Shown: piece by piece, positions 10,137 to 19,803 of the stretch
Layout: every line of letters begins with the position of its first letter
Position numbering within the stretch: position 1 is the stretch's first letter
Source: an uncultured Acidimicrobiia bacterium
GTDB taxonomy: Bacteria; Actinomycetota; Acidimicrobiia; Spongiisociales; ZC4RG35
Direction: 5' to 3'
Assembly (NCBI GenBank): GCA_963790345.1
Contig: CAWBOD010000012.1
Coordinates: 148,188-212,187 of the forward strand
DNA length: 64,000 nucleotides
Program-made: the position numbers and the translations under genes
The notes under the pieces: generated by a model
Databases searched by the model: none
What the model was told of the DNA's origin: nothing
The model's input: only the letters and a program-made list of their open reading frames with translations

Positions 10137-11302
10137 TTATCTCTCGACTTTGACCCAAGACTGGCGTTGGTGGCTCACTGCCACGGCCTCGGTTACACAA
10201 ACCGCGTCATGACCATCGGCAAAGGTCGGATAGGTTGTTTCTCCAGCGCCGCCCCCCTCGATGTGTCGATACACCTCATTGAAAAGGGCGCGGAAGGTGT
10301 CGGGGTAACCCTCGACGTGGCCGCCCGGGTAACCGACGATCGGGCGAACCGTCTCGTCGACCAGGGAAGGATCGCGCAGAAGTATCTCGTTGGGGCGGCC
10401 GCGGTGGCCGATCCAAAGACGGTCGGGGTCCTCGGACATCCAGGCCAGGGCCGACTCGGCGCCGTCTATCTCCAGAGATACCATGTTCTTGCGTCCCGCC
10501 GAGACCTGGGAGATCGCCACCACCCCCCTGGTGCCATCCTCGTAGCGCAACAAGATGCTGGCCCCGTCATCGGAGGTCATCTCCTCTTCCACCAGGCCCG
10601 CCCCAGGTCTCGCTCGTTTTGCCTGGCGGCCGCGAACGTCTCGACCGGTCCACGGGGACGTCGCCGCGTCGGAACGAAGGTGTGGAGCTCTGCCATCACC
10701 TCGACCACCTTGCGCCCGGTGATGAAGCGGGAAAGGTCGAGCCAGTGCGAGCCGATGTCAGCGACGGAGCGCAAATCTCCGGCTTGCTGAGGGATTAAAC
10801 GCCAGTTCCAATCGGTGTCGAGCAGAAGCCAGTCCTGGAGGTAGCTGCCGGTGACGAACCGGGGGGCTCCGATCTGTCCGGAGGCCACCATCGCGCGCAT
10901 CTGATGGCAGAGCGGATAGAAGCGCAGGTTGAAGCAGACGGCGTTGACCAGACCGGCTCTGGCCGCTCGCTCGACCAGGTCGGCGGTCTCCGAGGAATTG
11001 AGGGCAAGCGGCTTCTCACAAATGACGTGCTTGCCGGCGCCGAGCACGGCCCTGACCTGTTCGGCGTGCAAGTGGTTGGGACTGGCGATATGGACGGCGT
11101 CCACCTCGGAGTCGGCCAAAAGAGCATCGAGGTCCTCGTAGGCAGGAGGAAGCCCTGCTGCCGCGACCTTGGCCCGCGCCCGATCGGGCGACGACCCCAC
11201 CACTCCTCTGACGTCGATCCCGAGACGACGCAAGGCCTCGACGTGGGCGACGCCGATGAAGCCAACGCCGACGACTGCCGCTCTTATATCGGAAAGGGCC
11301 AT
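10137..11302 (-). pseudogene. Gfo/Idh/MocA-family oxidoreductase, frame disrupted around 10595-10615
   Basis: ORF 10577..11302 is the N-terminal part ([17 protein letters not shown] ... VICEKPLA ...GPVETF). ORF 10137..10592 is the C-terminal part (TSDDGASILLRYEDGTRGVVAISQVSAG...). The junction needs a -1 shift inside a CCCG/CCCC run. Confidence 0.8.
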
Positions 11303-11310
11303 TCCTGCAA

Positions 11311-12306
11311 CTATCGCTCGGCCGTGACACGGGCGTACAGCCAGGCCAGGGAGAGCACGATCAGGCCGTAGACCACCTGCTGGATTGCTTGCCCGGCGTT
11401 GAGGAACGTCAGCATCGAGTTGAGAACCGCCAGTATCAGTGCCCCCAGGATCGTGCCGGAATAGCTGCCGACCCCTCCAAAGATCGACGTGCCGCCGATC
11501 ACAGCGGCCGCAACCGAAGGCAGGAGAAAGCTGCTTGCCAGTTGCAGGTCGACGGCCCCGGTTCGACCGGCCAATATGATCCCGGCCAGGGCGGCTAGCA
11601 ACCCGGCGATCGTGTAGACCGCCAGATGAACCTGCCAGATCCGCACTCCCGAGAGACGGGCTGCAACCGGATTGTCACCAACGGCATAAGTCAGGCGGCC
11701 GAGACCGGTTCGTTTCAACATCCACATCACGACAACGGCGACGAGCGCCCAGACCAGCGCGTTGTAGGGGATCCGATTCCCGAGAAAGGAACCTCCCCCC
11801 ATCTGTTTGATGAACGGGGCGACGGTCGTCGACCCGGTAAAAATTGTCTGGGCCCACGACGTGAAGAGGCCAAGCAGAATCGCCGACATGGCGAGTGTCA
11901 TGATCAAGGGATTGACCTGGAAAACGCCGATCCCAATTCCGTTGGCCGCACCGGCCACCAGCCCGACCAGGAGTCCGAACACGATGGCGAGCGCGGCCCC
12001 GCTCGGAGAACGGTTGCCGGCGACATAGGCAGCCCCGGTCGCGATCATGGCGACCGAGAGGTCGATGCCGCCTGTGAGCATCAGAATGGTCTGCCCGGCG
12101 GCCATGATCCCCAGGGGGGCCGCCAGCAGAACGGTGTTGCGGAGCCCGCTGACGGATAGATAGTTCGGCTGGATCGCGCCGGTGATGAGGATCAGGACTA
12201 CCAGCACTCCTCCCAGCACGTAGAGCGGACGATCGGCCAGCAGTCGCATCCAGCGATCCTGACGACTTGCCTCGCCCAGGACCGGGAGCGGAGAGGTGGA
12301 GGTCAC
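11311..12306 (-). CDS. Sugar ABC transporter permease (CUT2 / ribose-type)
   Basis: 331-aa polytopic membrane ORF, Gly/Ala/Leu-rich with about 9-10 hydrophobic segments. It sits in an operon with the second permease and the double-domain ATPase. Confidence 0.8.
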   Translation of the reverse strand: MTSTSPLPVLGEASRQDRWMRLLADRPLYVLGGVLVVLILITGAIQPNYLSVSGLRNTVLLAAPLGIMAAGQTILMLTGGIDLSVAMIATGAAYVAGNRSPSGAALAIVFGLLVGLVAGAANGIGIGVFQVNPLIMTLAMSAILLGLFTSWAQTIFTGSTTVAPFIKQMGGGSFLGNRIPYNALVWALVAVVVMWMLKRTGLGRLTYAVGDNPVAARLSGVRIWQVHLAVYTIAGLLAALAGIILAGRTGAVDLQLASSFLLPSVAAAVIGGTSIFGGVGSYSGTILGALILAVLNSMLTFLNAGQAIQQVVYGLIVLSLAWLYARVTAER

Positions 12307-13313
12307 TCGGCCCTCCGGCGGCGCAAGGCCAGGAGGCCGGCCAGCATCATCACCAGGGCGATCAAGGTGCCCTGCACGACCTGGGCGCTGTTGGGATCGA
12401 TCCCCACGGCGCTGAGGATCGGACTCAGAAAGAACACGATGATCGCCGCCGCTACCGCCCCCACCACCGATCCGACCCCGCCGGTCAACGCGACGCCACC
12501 GAGAACGACGGCGGCGACGCTGTTGAGGGTGGCATTGGAGCCGATGCTGAAGCGGGGGTCGCCGGTGCCGGTGATCGCCACGGTCGCCAGCCCCGCCATT
12601 GCGGCCATTGCCCCGCCGACGGCATAGGCGATGATCTTGGCACGACCGGTATCCACTCCGGATAGATAGGCCGCGTTGGAATCGCTGCCGGTGGCATAAA
12701 GAGAGAGGCCGGTTCGGGATCTGCGCATGAAAACGGCAACGATCGCCACCGGGATCGCCAACATCACGATGGCCGGCAAGAAGTTCGACCCCGATCCCGA
12801 TTCGCTACCGGTGAACAGGAACCGGAAGCCGGGCGAGGATCCCCCGCCGGGCCCGGGAAGGACCAACAGGGCAAGACCGGAGTAGATGAAACTCGTAGCC
12901 AGAGTGACCACGATGTCCGGCACCCGGGAGCGATTGATCACCCAGCCGACCGAGCCGTTGAGTGCCGCAGCCGCCAGCACGATCCCGACAGCGATCAAGA
13001 GATTCATCGCAAAAGGCTGCTCGTGCATCAGTTGGGCGGCCACCGAGTTCGTGAGCACCAACATCGCCCCGAGACCTAGATCGATGCCGCCGGCAATGAC
13101 GATCACCGCCTGCCCTACCGCCAGGTACGAAAGAGGAAGACTGTTCTTCGCGATGGAAGCGATCTGAAAGGTGCCGAAGCGCGGAATGAGGAGCGTGTAC
13201 CAGGCGATGAGGAGGGCGAGCAGAACCCAGACTCCGACCGACCAGCCCTGACGGCGTCGCCAGCGGGCCCAGTCGAACCCGGATGAGCCAACCACGTCGC
13301 CGAGGGTGGTCAC
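12303..13313 (-). CDS. Sugar ABC transporter permease (CUT2 / ribose-type)
   Basis: GTG at 13313 overlaps the ATPase stop (GTGA, 13310-13313). The ORF-track start at 13424 lies inside the ATPase gene. Its stop overlaps the next start (12303-12306). Confidence 0.8.
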   Translation of the reverse strand: MTTLGDVVGSSGFDWARWRRRQGWSVGVWVLLALLIAWYTLLIPRFGTFQIASIAKNSLPLSYLAVGQAVIVIAGGIDLGLGAMLVLTNSVAAQLMHEQPFAMNLLIAVGIVLAAAALNGSVGWVINRSRVPDIVVTLATSFIYSGLALLVLPGPGGGSSPGFRFLFTGSESGSGSNFLPAIVMLAIPVAIVAVFMRRSRTGLSLYATGSDSNAAYLSGVDTGRAKIIAYAVGGAMAAMAGLATVAITGTGDPRFSIGSNATLNSVAAVVLGGVALTGGVGSVVGAVAAAIIVFFLSPILSAVGIDPNSAQVVQGTLIALVMMLAGLLALRRRRAE

Positions 13314-14794
13314 GCCGTTTGCCCCAATCCGTGGGCCGCCGACAGCAGACCTTCCTCGGTCGCGGTCGCTCCCGCTTGTTCGTGCACGACCTGCCCGTTG
13401 TAGAGAACCAGGACCCGATCGCATACCAGGGGGATCTCAGGAAGCTCGCTCGTGTAGATCAGGACCGAGGCGCCGGTGTCGGCGACCTCGCGCAGGAGGT
13501 CATAGATCTGGCGCTTGGTTTGGATGTCGATTCCCCGAGTCGGGTCGAAGCAGAGCAATGTTCGGAACCCCGTAGCCAGCCAGCGGCCAATCACCACCTT
13601 TTGCTGATTCCCGCCCGAGAGGCGCCGGACCTGGCGCTGTGCCCGGGTGTCGATCGATAGGCGGGCGATCGCCTTGTCCGCTCGCTCGACCTCGTCACCC
13701 ACCAGCTTGAGCCAGCGCCCGATCCGGTTGTAGAGAGGAACCGCGAGGTTCTCCCGCACCGATCGCTTGGGCAAAAGAGCGAGGAGGCGATCCGAAGGAA
13801 CCAGAACCACGCCTCGACGAATTGCGTCGTAAGGAGAACGGGCTCCCATCGTCCGGCCCTCGACCACCACCTCCCCCGAGTCAGGGCGGCGGTCACCGGC
13901 CAGCACGTCGAACAGACGATCCTGGCCTTGGCCCTCGAGGGCGGCGATCCCCAATATCTCGCCTGCCCGCAACTGAAAGGATATTCCGTTGACCTGATCA
14001 CCCGAACGGACCTCTCTCGCTTCCAGCATCACCGGTGCTCCACTGGTCAGCGCACGAACGGAGTGAGCCTCGGCGGTGGGAGCGGCTTCGCCGAGCATCG
14101 TCTCCAACAAGCGGCTCTCGCCGCCTTCGCCCGGGATCACGCTGGCGACGTTGCGACCGTCGCGCAGGATCGTGGCCCGGTCGCACATCGTGAGCACTTC
14201 CGCCAGGCGATGCGTGATGAAGAGCACCGACCGACCTCGCTCCTTCCACTCCCTCATCACGGAAAAGACATGGTCCGCCTGGTCGGCCGGGAGGGCGGCG
14301 GTGATCTCGTCGAGAAGCAGCAATTGGGGGTCGTGCGCCAGGGCCCGGGAGAGATCGAGCAGTCGGAGCAGCTCGAGTGGGAGCTCTCTGATCAATGTGT
14401 CGAACTCGAGGTCGCCCATATTCATGCGATCGAGCCAGGTCCGGACGGCGCCCACGTCGACCCCCGTTAGACGGAAGTTCTGAGCCACGGTGAGATCGGG
14501 AATGAGAGCCGGATCCTGGAACACCGTCGCCAGCCCTGCGGCCATTGCATCGGCCGGACGACCGGGTGCAACCAGAACCCCATTGACTCGGATGGTTCCG
14601 GCATCGGCACCGAATACTCCTGAGAGAATCTTGACAAGGGTGCTCTTGCCGGCCCCGTTAGCCCCGAGCAGGGCATGGATCTCGCCTGGTCGCACCCGCA
14701 GATCAACCGACCGCAGCGCCACCACTGAGCCAAAGCTCTTGGCGACGGCTGTGGTCTCAAGCAGGGTGGGCTCGGCGGCTGGAATGTTGCTCAA
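13310..14794 (-). CDS. Sugar ABC transporter ATP-binding protein with two fused ATPase domains (RbsA/MglA-like)
   Basis: Walker A GANGAGKSTL and signature LSGGNQQK are present. At 494 aa it has the duplicated-domain architecture of CUT2 importers. Confidence 0.85.
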   Translation of the reverse strand: MSNIPAAEPTLLETTAVAKSFGSVVALRSVDLRVRPGEIHALLGANGAGKSTLVKILSGVFGADAGTIRVNGVLVAPGRPADAMAAGLATVFQDPALIPDLTVAQNFRLTGVDVGAVRTWLDRMNMGDLEFDTLIRELPLELLRLLDLSRALAHDPQLLLLDEITAALPADQADHVFSVMREWKERGRSVLFITHRLAEVLTMCDRATILRDGRNVASVIPGEGGESRLLETMLGEAAPTAEAHSVRALTSGAPVMLEAREVRSGDQVNGISFQLRAGEILGIAALEGQGQDRLFDVLAGDRRPDSGEVVVEGRTMGARSPYDAIRRGVVLVPSDRLLALLPKRSVRENLAVPLYNRIGRWLKLVGDEVERADKAIARLSIDTRAQRQVRRLSGGNQQKVVIGRWLATGFRTLLCFDPTRGIDIQTKRQIYDLLREVADTGASVLIYTSELPEIPLVCDRVLVLYNGQVVHEQAGATATEEGLLSAAHGLGQTA

Positions 14795-14812
14795 AGACCG
14801 ACCACTTTCGGG

Positions 14813-14840
14813 GCGGGGCCGGACCTAAGTCCGGCCCCGC
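14813..14840 (-). terminator. Perfect 12-bp GC-rich stem-loop between the SBP gene and the ATPase gene (intercistronic attenuator or mRNA-stabilising hairpin)
   Basis: gcggggccggac (14813-14824), loop ctaa, gtccggccccgc (14829-14840). It lies 19 nt downstream of the SBP stop and has no U-tract. Confidence 0.5.
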
Positions 14841-14858
14841 TATCACGTTGGTTTCAGC

Positions 14859-15905
14859 TCATTCCCCGGGTCCCTTGCAGGCAGAGACCGCGGCGGCGTC
14901 GTAGGTCGTGTAGGGATCGATCTCTACATACGTGCTCCAGCCCACTTGCTGAGCCGGGTCGTACAACTCGGTCAGCCGATCCTGATTCGAGCTGTCGATC
15001 ACTTCCGGAGTCAAGGTCGTCACCTGGGCGGGGTTCTCGCCCTTGAGTGCCTGAATGGCGATCGCGGCACCCACCCCACCGATGGCCGGCGGGTTGGTCA
15101 CCGCTGCTCCGGTCAGGCCGTCGCCCGACAACTCGATGAGTTGCTGAACGAAGCCGTTGTTGTCCGCCCCGACGATCGGGACGAAGGGCTTGTCGGCAGC
15201 GGAGAACTGCTCGACCACGGTGTAGTCGATTCCCGAGGTCCAAATGCCATCGATCTCCTGGGTGGTGATGATGTCGAGGGCCTGTTGCGCACCCACTGAC
15301 GGGTCCCAACCGGTGAAGACCTCTGACGCGATCGTGATCCCCGGATAGTTGGCCAGAGCCTCCTGGAAGCCGGCATCACGGTCGGTGTCCGCGGGGACGC
15401 CATCGATGCCGCGCATGTAGGCCACATTGCCCTCGCCACCAAGCTGATCGAACAGCCACTCGGCCCCAAGACGCCCGTAGGCCGTCTGGTCATTGGTGAC
15501 GACATAGGCGCCTTCGGCGGTCACTGCCTGATCGACGGCGACCACAACGATCCCCTGCTCGATGGCAGATTCGATGACCGAGTTCAGGGCCTCCCGATCG
15601 GTCGGGTTCAGAATGATCGCGTCAACACCCTGGGAGATGAGACTCTCGAGGTCGGCAATCTGTTCGGTAGGTCCACCGTTGCGATTGACGACGACGACTT
15701 CGTCGACCACTCCGCTGGAAGCGGCCTCGGCCTTGATTGCGCAGATCATCTGCTCCCGCCAGCCGTTGCCGACCAGCGTGTTTGACACTCCGATCACATA
15801 GTTGCCGTCCTCTTCGGCCGCGCCGTCGCCACCGCAGGCGGCGATGACGAGACACAGGACTGCAAACAATCCGATCGAACGCATCGGTTTCTTAGTCCGT
15901 TGCAA
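14859..15905 (-). CDS. Sugar ABC transporter substrate-binding lipoprotein (periplasmic-binding-protein type I, ribose/galactose-like)
   Basis: Signal peptide with lipobox [11 protein letters not shown] at 15905 follows AAGGAGAGGA. ATG at 15884 is an alternative start. Confidence 0.8.
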   Translation of the reverse strand: MQRTKKPMRSIGLFAVLCLVIAACGGDGAAEEDGNYVIGVSNTLVGNGWREQMICAIKAEAASSGVVDEVVVVNRNGGPTEQIADLESLISQGVDAIILNPTDREALNSVIESAIEQGIVVVAVDQAVTAEGAYVVTNDQTAYGRLGAEWLFDQLGGEGNVAYMRGIDGVPADTDRDAGFQEALANYPGITIASEVFTGWDPSVGAQQALDIITTQEIDGIWTSGIDYTVVEQFSAADKPFVPIVGADNNGFVQQLIELSGDGLTGAAVTNPPAIGGVGAAIAIQALKGENPAQVTTLTPEVIDSSNQDRLTELYDPAQQVGWSTYVEIDPYTTYDAAAVSACKGPGE

Positions 15906-15979
15906 TTCGTCCTCTCCTTCTTCTTGGCGCCCTTTAGGGCGACACGTTTCTGTTTCTCGCTCTCACGAGCTCCGACCCT

Positions 15980-17173
15980 TCACATCGCTGCTCGGGCCGA
16001 CACTTGCAAATTCGAATCGATCCACGAGGGGGCGAGCACGTGCTCGATCACCATCGCAGCGGCCCCAGTTATACCTGCCCGGTCCCCAAGTGTGCTCTGC
16101 AGTATCTGGAGGCGGCTGGTGGCGAGGGCGGTGGAGCGGCGATAAGCCACCTCACGAATGCCGGCAAACAGCTGCTCGTCCGCCTCCGCGATGTCACCTC
16201 CCACGACAATCAAGGCGGGGTTGAGAAGGTTGACGGTGGAGGCCAGCACCTGCCCGATGAGCCGACCGGCGGTGCGGACCGCGGCGATGGCAGAGCGGTT
16301 GCCTGCCTTGACCAGCGCAACCACCGCCCGGCCATCGGCGGCTTCGATTCCCTCGAGTCGAAGCGCTCGGGCCAGGGCCCGGCCCCCCGCCACGGTCTCC
16401 AAACAGCCCGTGTTGCCACAACGACAGGGCACGTCGGCGGCATCTGCCACCTGCACGTGTCCGATGTCGCCCGCGGCGCCCTGCGCCCCGCGGTGCAGGC
16501 GCCCTCCCAGGATGAGCCCGGAGCCGATACCGGTCCCGACCTTGAGGAAGAGAAAGTCGTCGGGCGGATCGACCTGGACCCAATGCTCACCCAGCGCCAT
16601 GATGTTGACGTCGTTGTCGACCAGCACGGGGACGTCGAATCGCGCCACGAAGCGATCCCTGATCGGGTAACCATCCCAGCCCGGCATGATCGGAGGGCTG
16701 ACCGCTCGCCCGGCCGCGAACTCGACGGGACCCGGGACACCGATCCCCACACCCATGACATCGCGCGGGCCCCTGTGGCATTCGTCGAGAAGTTCGAGGA
16801 AGATCCGCTCCACTTCGGAGAGAACCGGCAGAGGGCCGGAGGCCACGTCCAGTTCGACCGGGCGCTCGGCGATCGCGGCACCACCCAGATCGCAGACGGC
16901 CAGACGCCCGTGGGTGGCTCCGAGGTCGGCAGCGAGGATCGCCCCGGCGCCGGCATTGAGGCTCAGAAGGGTCGGGGGCCGTCCTCCTGAAGACGGCGCT
17001 TCGCCGATCTCGGCCACCAAACCTCCGGCGATGAGCTGGTCGACCCGGTCGGCGATGGTCGAGCGCGCCAACCCGGTGGCGTCAGCAAGTTGCGATCGGG
17101 TGGTGGTCCCCACCCGCCTGATCTGTTCGAGAATCGAGCCCGCCGTGCTCACGTTATGCCATTCATCATGCAA
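15980..17173 (-). CDS. ROK-family transcriptional repressor (NagC/XylR-like)
   Basis: N-terminal wHTH (TTRSQLADATGLARSTIADRVDQL) plus a ROK sugar-kinase-like domain with the zinc motif CRCGNTGCLE. The start is either TTG 17173 or GTG 17152. Confidence 0.8.
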   Translation of the reverse strand: MHDEWHNVSTAGSILEQIRRVGTTTRSQLADATGLARSTIADRVDQLIAGGLVAEIGEAPSSGGRPPTLLSLNAGAGAILAADLGATHGRLAVCDLGGAAIAERPVELDVASGPLPVLSEVERIFLELLDECHRGPRDVMGVGIGVPGPVEFAAGRAVSPPIMPGWDGYPIRDRFVARFDVPVLVDNDVNIMALGEHWVQVDPPDDFLFLKVGTGIGSGLILGGRLHRGAQGAAGDIGHVQVADAADVPCRCGNTGCLETVAGGRALARALRLEGIEAADGRAVVALVKAGNRSAIAAVRTAGRLIGQVLASTVNLLNPALIVVGGDIAEADEQLFAGIREVAYRRSTALATSRLQILQSTLGDRAGITGAAAMVIEHVLAPSWIDSNLQVSARAAM

Positions 17174-17198
17174 CTTTTGTCGTTGTCAAGGACAAAGT
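17173..17198. promoter_or_regulatory. Imperfect inverted repeat ACTTTTGTC-N9-GACAAAGT; candidate ROK-repressor operator and/or terminator of the SIS gene
   Basis: acttttgtcgttgtcaaggacaaagt sits in the 40-nt gap between the SIS stop and the ROK start. It resembles XylR/NagC-type TTTGT...ACAAA operators from memory. Confidence 0.35.
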
Positions 17199-17213
17199 CC
17201 GATTCCTACGTGT

Positions 17214-18002
17214 CTAGGGCCTTTCGCCGCTGAAAAGCTTTCCAAGTCGCCGGGAGTGCTCCTCGTAGGCGCCCTCGAAGAGAGAGTCGGCACGTTCTTG
17301 GCCGAGCACGGAGGCGGCCGTGATAACCGGGGGCAGGGCGCCCCGCGCCAGGAGGATCGAGGCCGTCTGCACCTTGATCTCATTGACGATGGCGGCATAG
17401 GCGACCGTCGACCCGGGCCCGATCGGAGTGTCCAACCCATCGAGAACCACCATCGCATCCCCCACCGGAGTGCAGAGATCGATCACCACATTGGCGTGAT
17501 CGAGCAGCCTGGTGCCGGACTGGTGGCCAGGCTCTCCCGACATGCTCTGGGCGATCGAGGTGACGGCGATCACGTCCATGCCTCGGTCTCGGGCCCCGAT
17601 GGCCATCTCCACGGGAACCGCGGCCAGTCCGCTGGCGCTGAAGATCATCATCAGATCGCGGGGACCGAAATGGAAATTGGCGAGTATCTGCTCCGCCAAG
17701 CCATGAACGCGCTCGATGAACATCGCCTGCCGCTGACCGTTGGCTCCGATCACCTGGGTATGGAACGTCATGGAGAGCTCGGCGATCGGGTGAAAGCCGG
17801 GGTAGGAGCCGTAACGAGGGAACATCTCTTCGAGAGGGATCCGGGAATGGCCGGTCCCAAACATGTGAACCAGTCCACCGGCGCCGATCGTCGAGGCACA
17901 GCGGCCTGCCGCATCGGCGATGACCTCCATCTGGGTTCGCTCGATCTCGTCGAGGACGTGACGGGCCGATTCCAGCCAGCGCCCGGCATCATGGATCGCC
18001 AT
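17214..18002 (-). CDS. SIS-domain protein (UPF0309-type sugar-phosphate isomerase/binding domain)
   Basis: Intact 262-aa ORF. GLVHMFGTGHS and IFSASG are SIS-fold motifs. Confidence 0.7.
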   Translation of the reverse strand: MAIHDAGRWLESARHVLDEIERTQMEVIADAAGRCASTIGAGGLVHMFGTGHSRIPLEEMFPRYGSYPGFHPIAELSMTFHTQVIGANGQRQAMFIERVHGLAEQILANFHFGPRDLMMIFSASGLAAVPVEMAIGARDRGMDVIAVTSIAQSMSGEPGHQSGTRLLDHANVVIDLCTPVGDAMVVLDGLDTPIGPGSTVAYAAIVNEIKVQTASILLARGALPPVITAASVLGQERADSLFEGAYEEHSRRLGKLFSGERP

Positions 18003-18110
18003 TGATCATTCCTACTCTTCCCGGCTGCATCCCGAGCATCGCGTCAGATTTGGGTCGCCCACAGCACGTCGAAATTGCAAAAATACTCAAGATCTCTAGG
18101 CGCGGCGCTC

Positions 18111-18126
18111 AAATGTCTATACAACT
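18111..18126. promoter_or_regulatory. Candidate HutC/GntR (DasR/NagR-like) operator
   Basis: aaaTGTCTATACAact lies 41 nt upstream of the GntR start. The core GT-C-TA-T-AC fits the GT-N-TA-N-AC pattern of HutC-subfamily sites, matching 8 of 12 positions of the TGGTCTAGACCA consensus as I recall it. Confidence 0.4.
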
Positions 18127-18166
18127 ACGATCGTAGGAGCGAAGTTTCGCGACCGTCAAGGGATCG

Positions 18167-18889
18167 ATGCCAACCGCACCCCGCTACGAGGAGATCGCCA
18201 GCTATCTGCGGACGCTGGTTTCCCGGGGCAATCCGGGAGATCGGCTGCCGTCCGATGCCGAACTCTGCGGACGCTTCGAGGTGAGCCGGATGACTGCTCG
18301 CCACGCTGTCCAGCTGCTCGAACAGGAGGGACTCTTGTTCCGCCGGCGTGGGCAGGGGACCTTTGTGGCCGCACGACCGGTCATGAGACTTCTGGGCTCG
18401 CCCCTTTCTTTCACCGAAAGCATGCGACGCCGGGGGTTGCCCGCCTCGTCGCGGGTTCTGCATTGGGGAGAGATCGATCCCTCGTCCGAGAACGTCGCAG
18501 CCCTTCAGCTCCTGGCCGGGCAGCGGGCTCTGGTCCTGGAGCGACTACGTCTGGCCGATGGCGTCCCGATGGCAATCGAGAGGGTGGTCCTGCACCCGAC
18601 TCTGGCCGGTGTCGGCACGGATGATCTGGAACAGGGTTCGCTACACGCCGCCTTCGAACGGCTGGGGCGCATCCCCACTCGGGCTCAAGCCTGGGTCAGC
18701 GCTCGCATCGCCGACGGCCGCGAAAGGCGGCTTCTCGAACTCACCCATCCCGCCGTCCTCCTGGTCGAACAACGAGTCATCAGCGACCAGGATGACATGC
18801 CCCTCGAGCACACCGAGACGCGCTACGCAGCCGAGAGATATCGCTTCGAGACGGTGCTTCACCGCGACAGTACTGACACCATGCGATGA
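18167..18889 (+). CDS. GntR-family transcriptional regulator, HutC subfamily (UTRA effector domain)
   Basis: The N-terminus has the GDRLPSDAELCGRFEVSRMTARHAVQLLEQEGLLFRRRGQGTFV wHTH motif. At 240 aa its length fits HutC/UTRA. Confidence 0.8.
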   Translation: MPTAPRYEEIASYLRTLVSRGNPGDRLPSDAELCGRFEVSRMTARHAVQLLEQEGLLFRRRGQGTFVAARPVMRLLGSPLSFTESMRRRGLPASSRVLHWGEIDPSSENVAALQLLAGQRALVLERLRLADGVPMAIERVVLHPTLAGVGTDDLEQGSLHAAFERLGRIPTRAQAWVSARIADGRERRLLELTHPAVLLVEQRVISDQDDMPLEHTETRYAAERYRFETVLHRDSTDTMR

Positions 18890-19803
18890 CCCGGCGCCTC
18901 GGACTTGATCTGGGTGGAACGAATATCAAGGTCGTCGTCCTGGACGACGCCGGCGGTACCGAACGAGTCGTCCTGTCCGAGACAGTCCCCACCCGCGCCG
19001 AGCGCGGCCCGGCGGCGGTCGTCGATCGCTTGATCGAGATAGCGCGCGGGGTGATCGACGCCCAGGAAGGGATCGAATCGATTGGCATCGGTGTGCCCGG
19101 CCTCTTCGACCCGGAGCTGGGAACCATCGAGCTGTTCCCCAATCTTCCGGGTCCCTGGCGGGGCCAGGCAATTCGAGAGCCGGTGGCGGCCGGGGCGGGT
19201 CTTCCGGTGAATCTGATCAACGACGCTCGCGCTTTCACGTTGGCGGAGGGCACCATGGGAGCCGGCCGCGGCAGTTCAACGCTTGTTTGCGTCACTCTCG
19301 GCACCGGGATCGGCGGAGGAATCATGTTCGAAGGAGTCCTCTACACCGGCCCGCTGGGAGTAGCGGGAGAAATCGCCCATCAGACCGTTCTCCCGGACGG
19401 TCCCCTCTGTGGGTGCGGCAACCGGGGATGCGCCGAAGCCATCGCCAAGGCCGAGGCGATCGCGGCCCGGGCAGGGCGGGCGACGATCGAGGAGGTTTAC
19501 GCCGGTGTCGCCGCGGGCGAGAAGGAGTGCAAGGAGGCGGTCGAGTTCGCGGCCTATTACCTGGGCATCGCCTTGGCCAACGCGGTGGTCCTACTGGGAC
19601 CGGACCGAATCGTGATCGGGGGCGGAATCATCCAGGCCGGCGAACTGGTCCTGAACCCGATCAGAAATGCGGTCCGATCAAGGGTCACCCTGGTACCAAC
19701 CGAAGCAATCACGGTGGTCGCCGCCGCTCTCGGGTCCAAGGCAGGAGCTATCGGAGCGGCCCTGGCTGCGCCTACGACTCAGGCCGAGGTGCGGGCCCGA
19801 TAG
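18886..19803 (+). CDS. ROK-family sugar kinase (glucokinase / N-acetylhexosamine kinase-like)
   Basis: LGLDLGGTNIK ATP-binding motif and CGCGNRGCAE zinc motif, with no HTH. The start overlaps the GntR stop (ATGA). Confidence 0.8.
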   Translation: MTRRLGLDLGGTNIKVVVLDDAGGTERVVLSETVPTRAERGPAAVVDRLIEIARGVIDAQEGIESIGIGVPGLFDPELGTIELFPNLPGPWRGQAIREPVAAGAGLPVNLINDARAFTLAEGTMGAGRGSSTLVCVTLGTGIGGGIMFEGVLYTGPLGVAGEIAHQTVLPDGPLCGCGNRGCAEAIAKAEAIAARAGRATIEEVYAGVAAGEKECKEAVEFAAYYLGIALANAVVLLGPDRIVIGGGIIQAGELVLNPIRNAVRSRVTLVPTEAITVVAAALGSKAGAIGAALAAPTTQAEVRAR

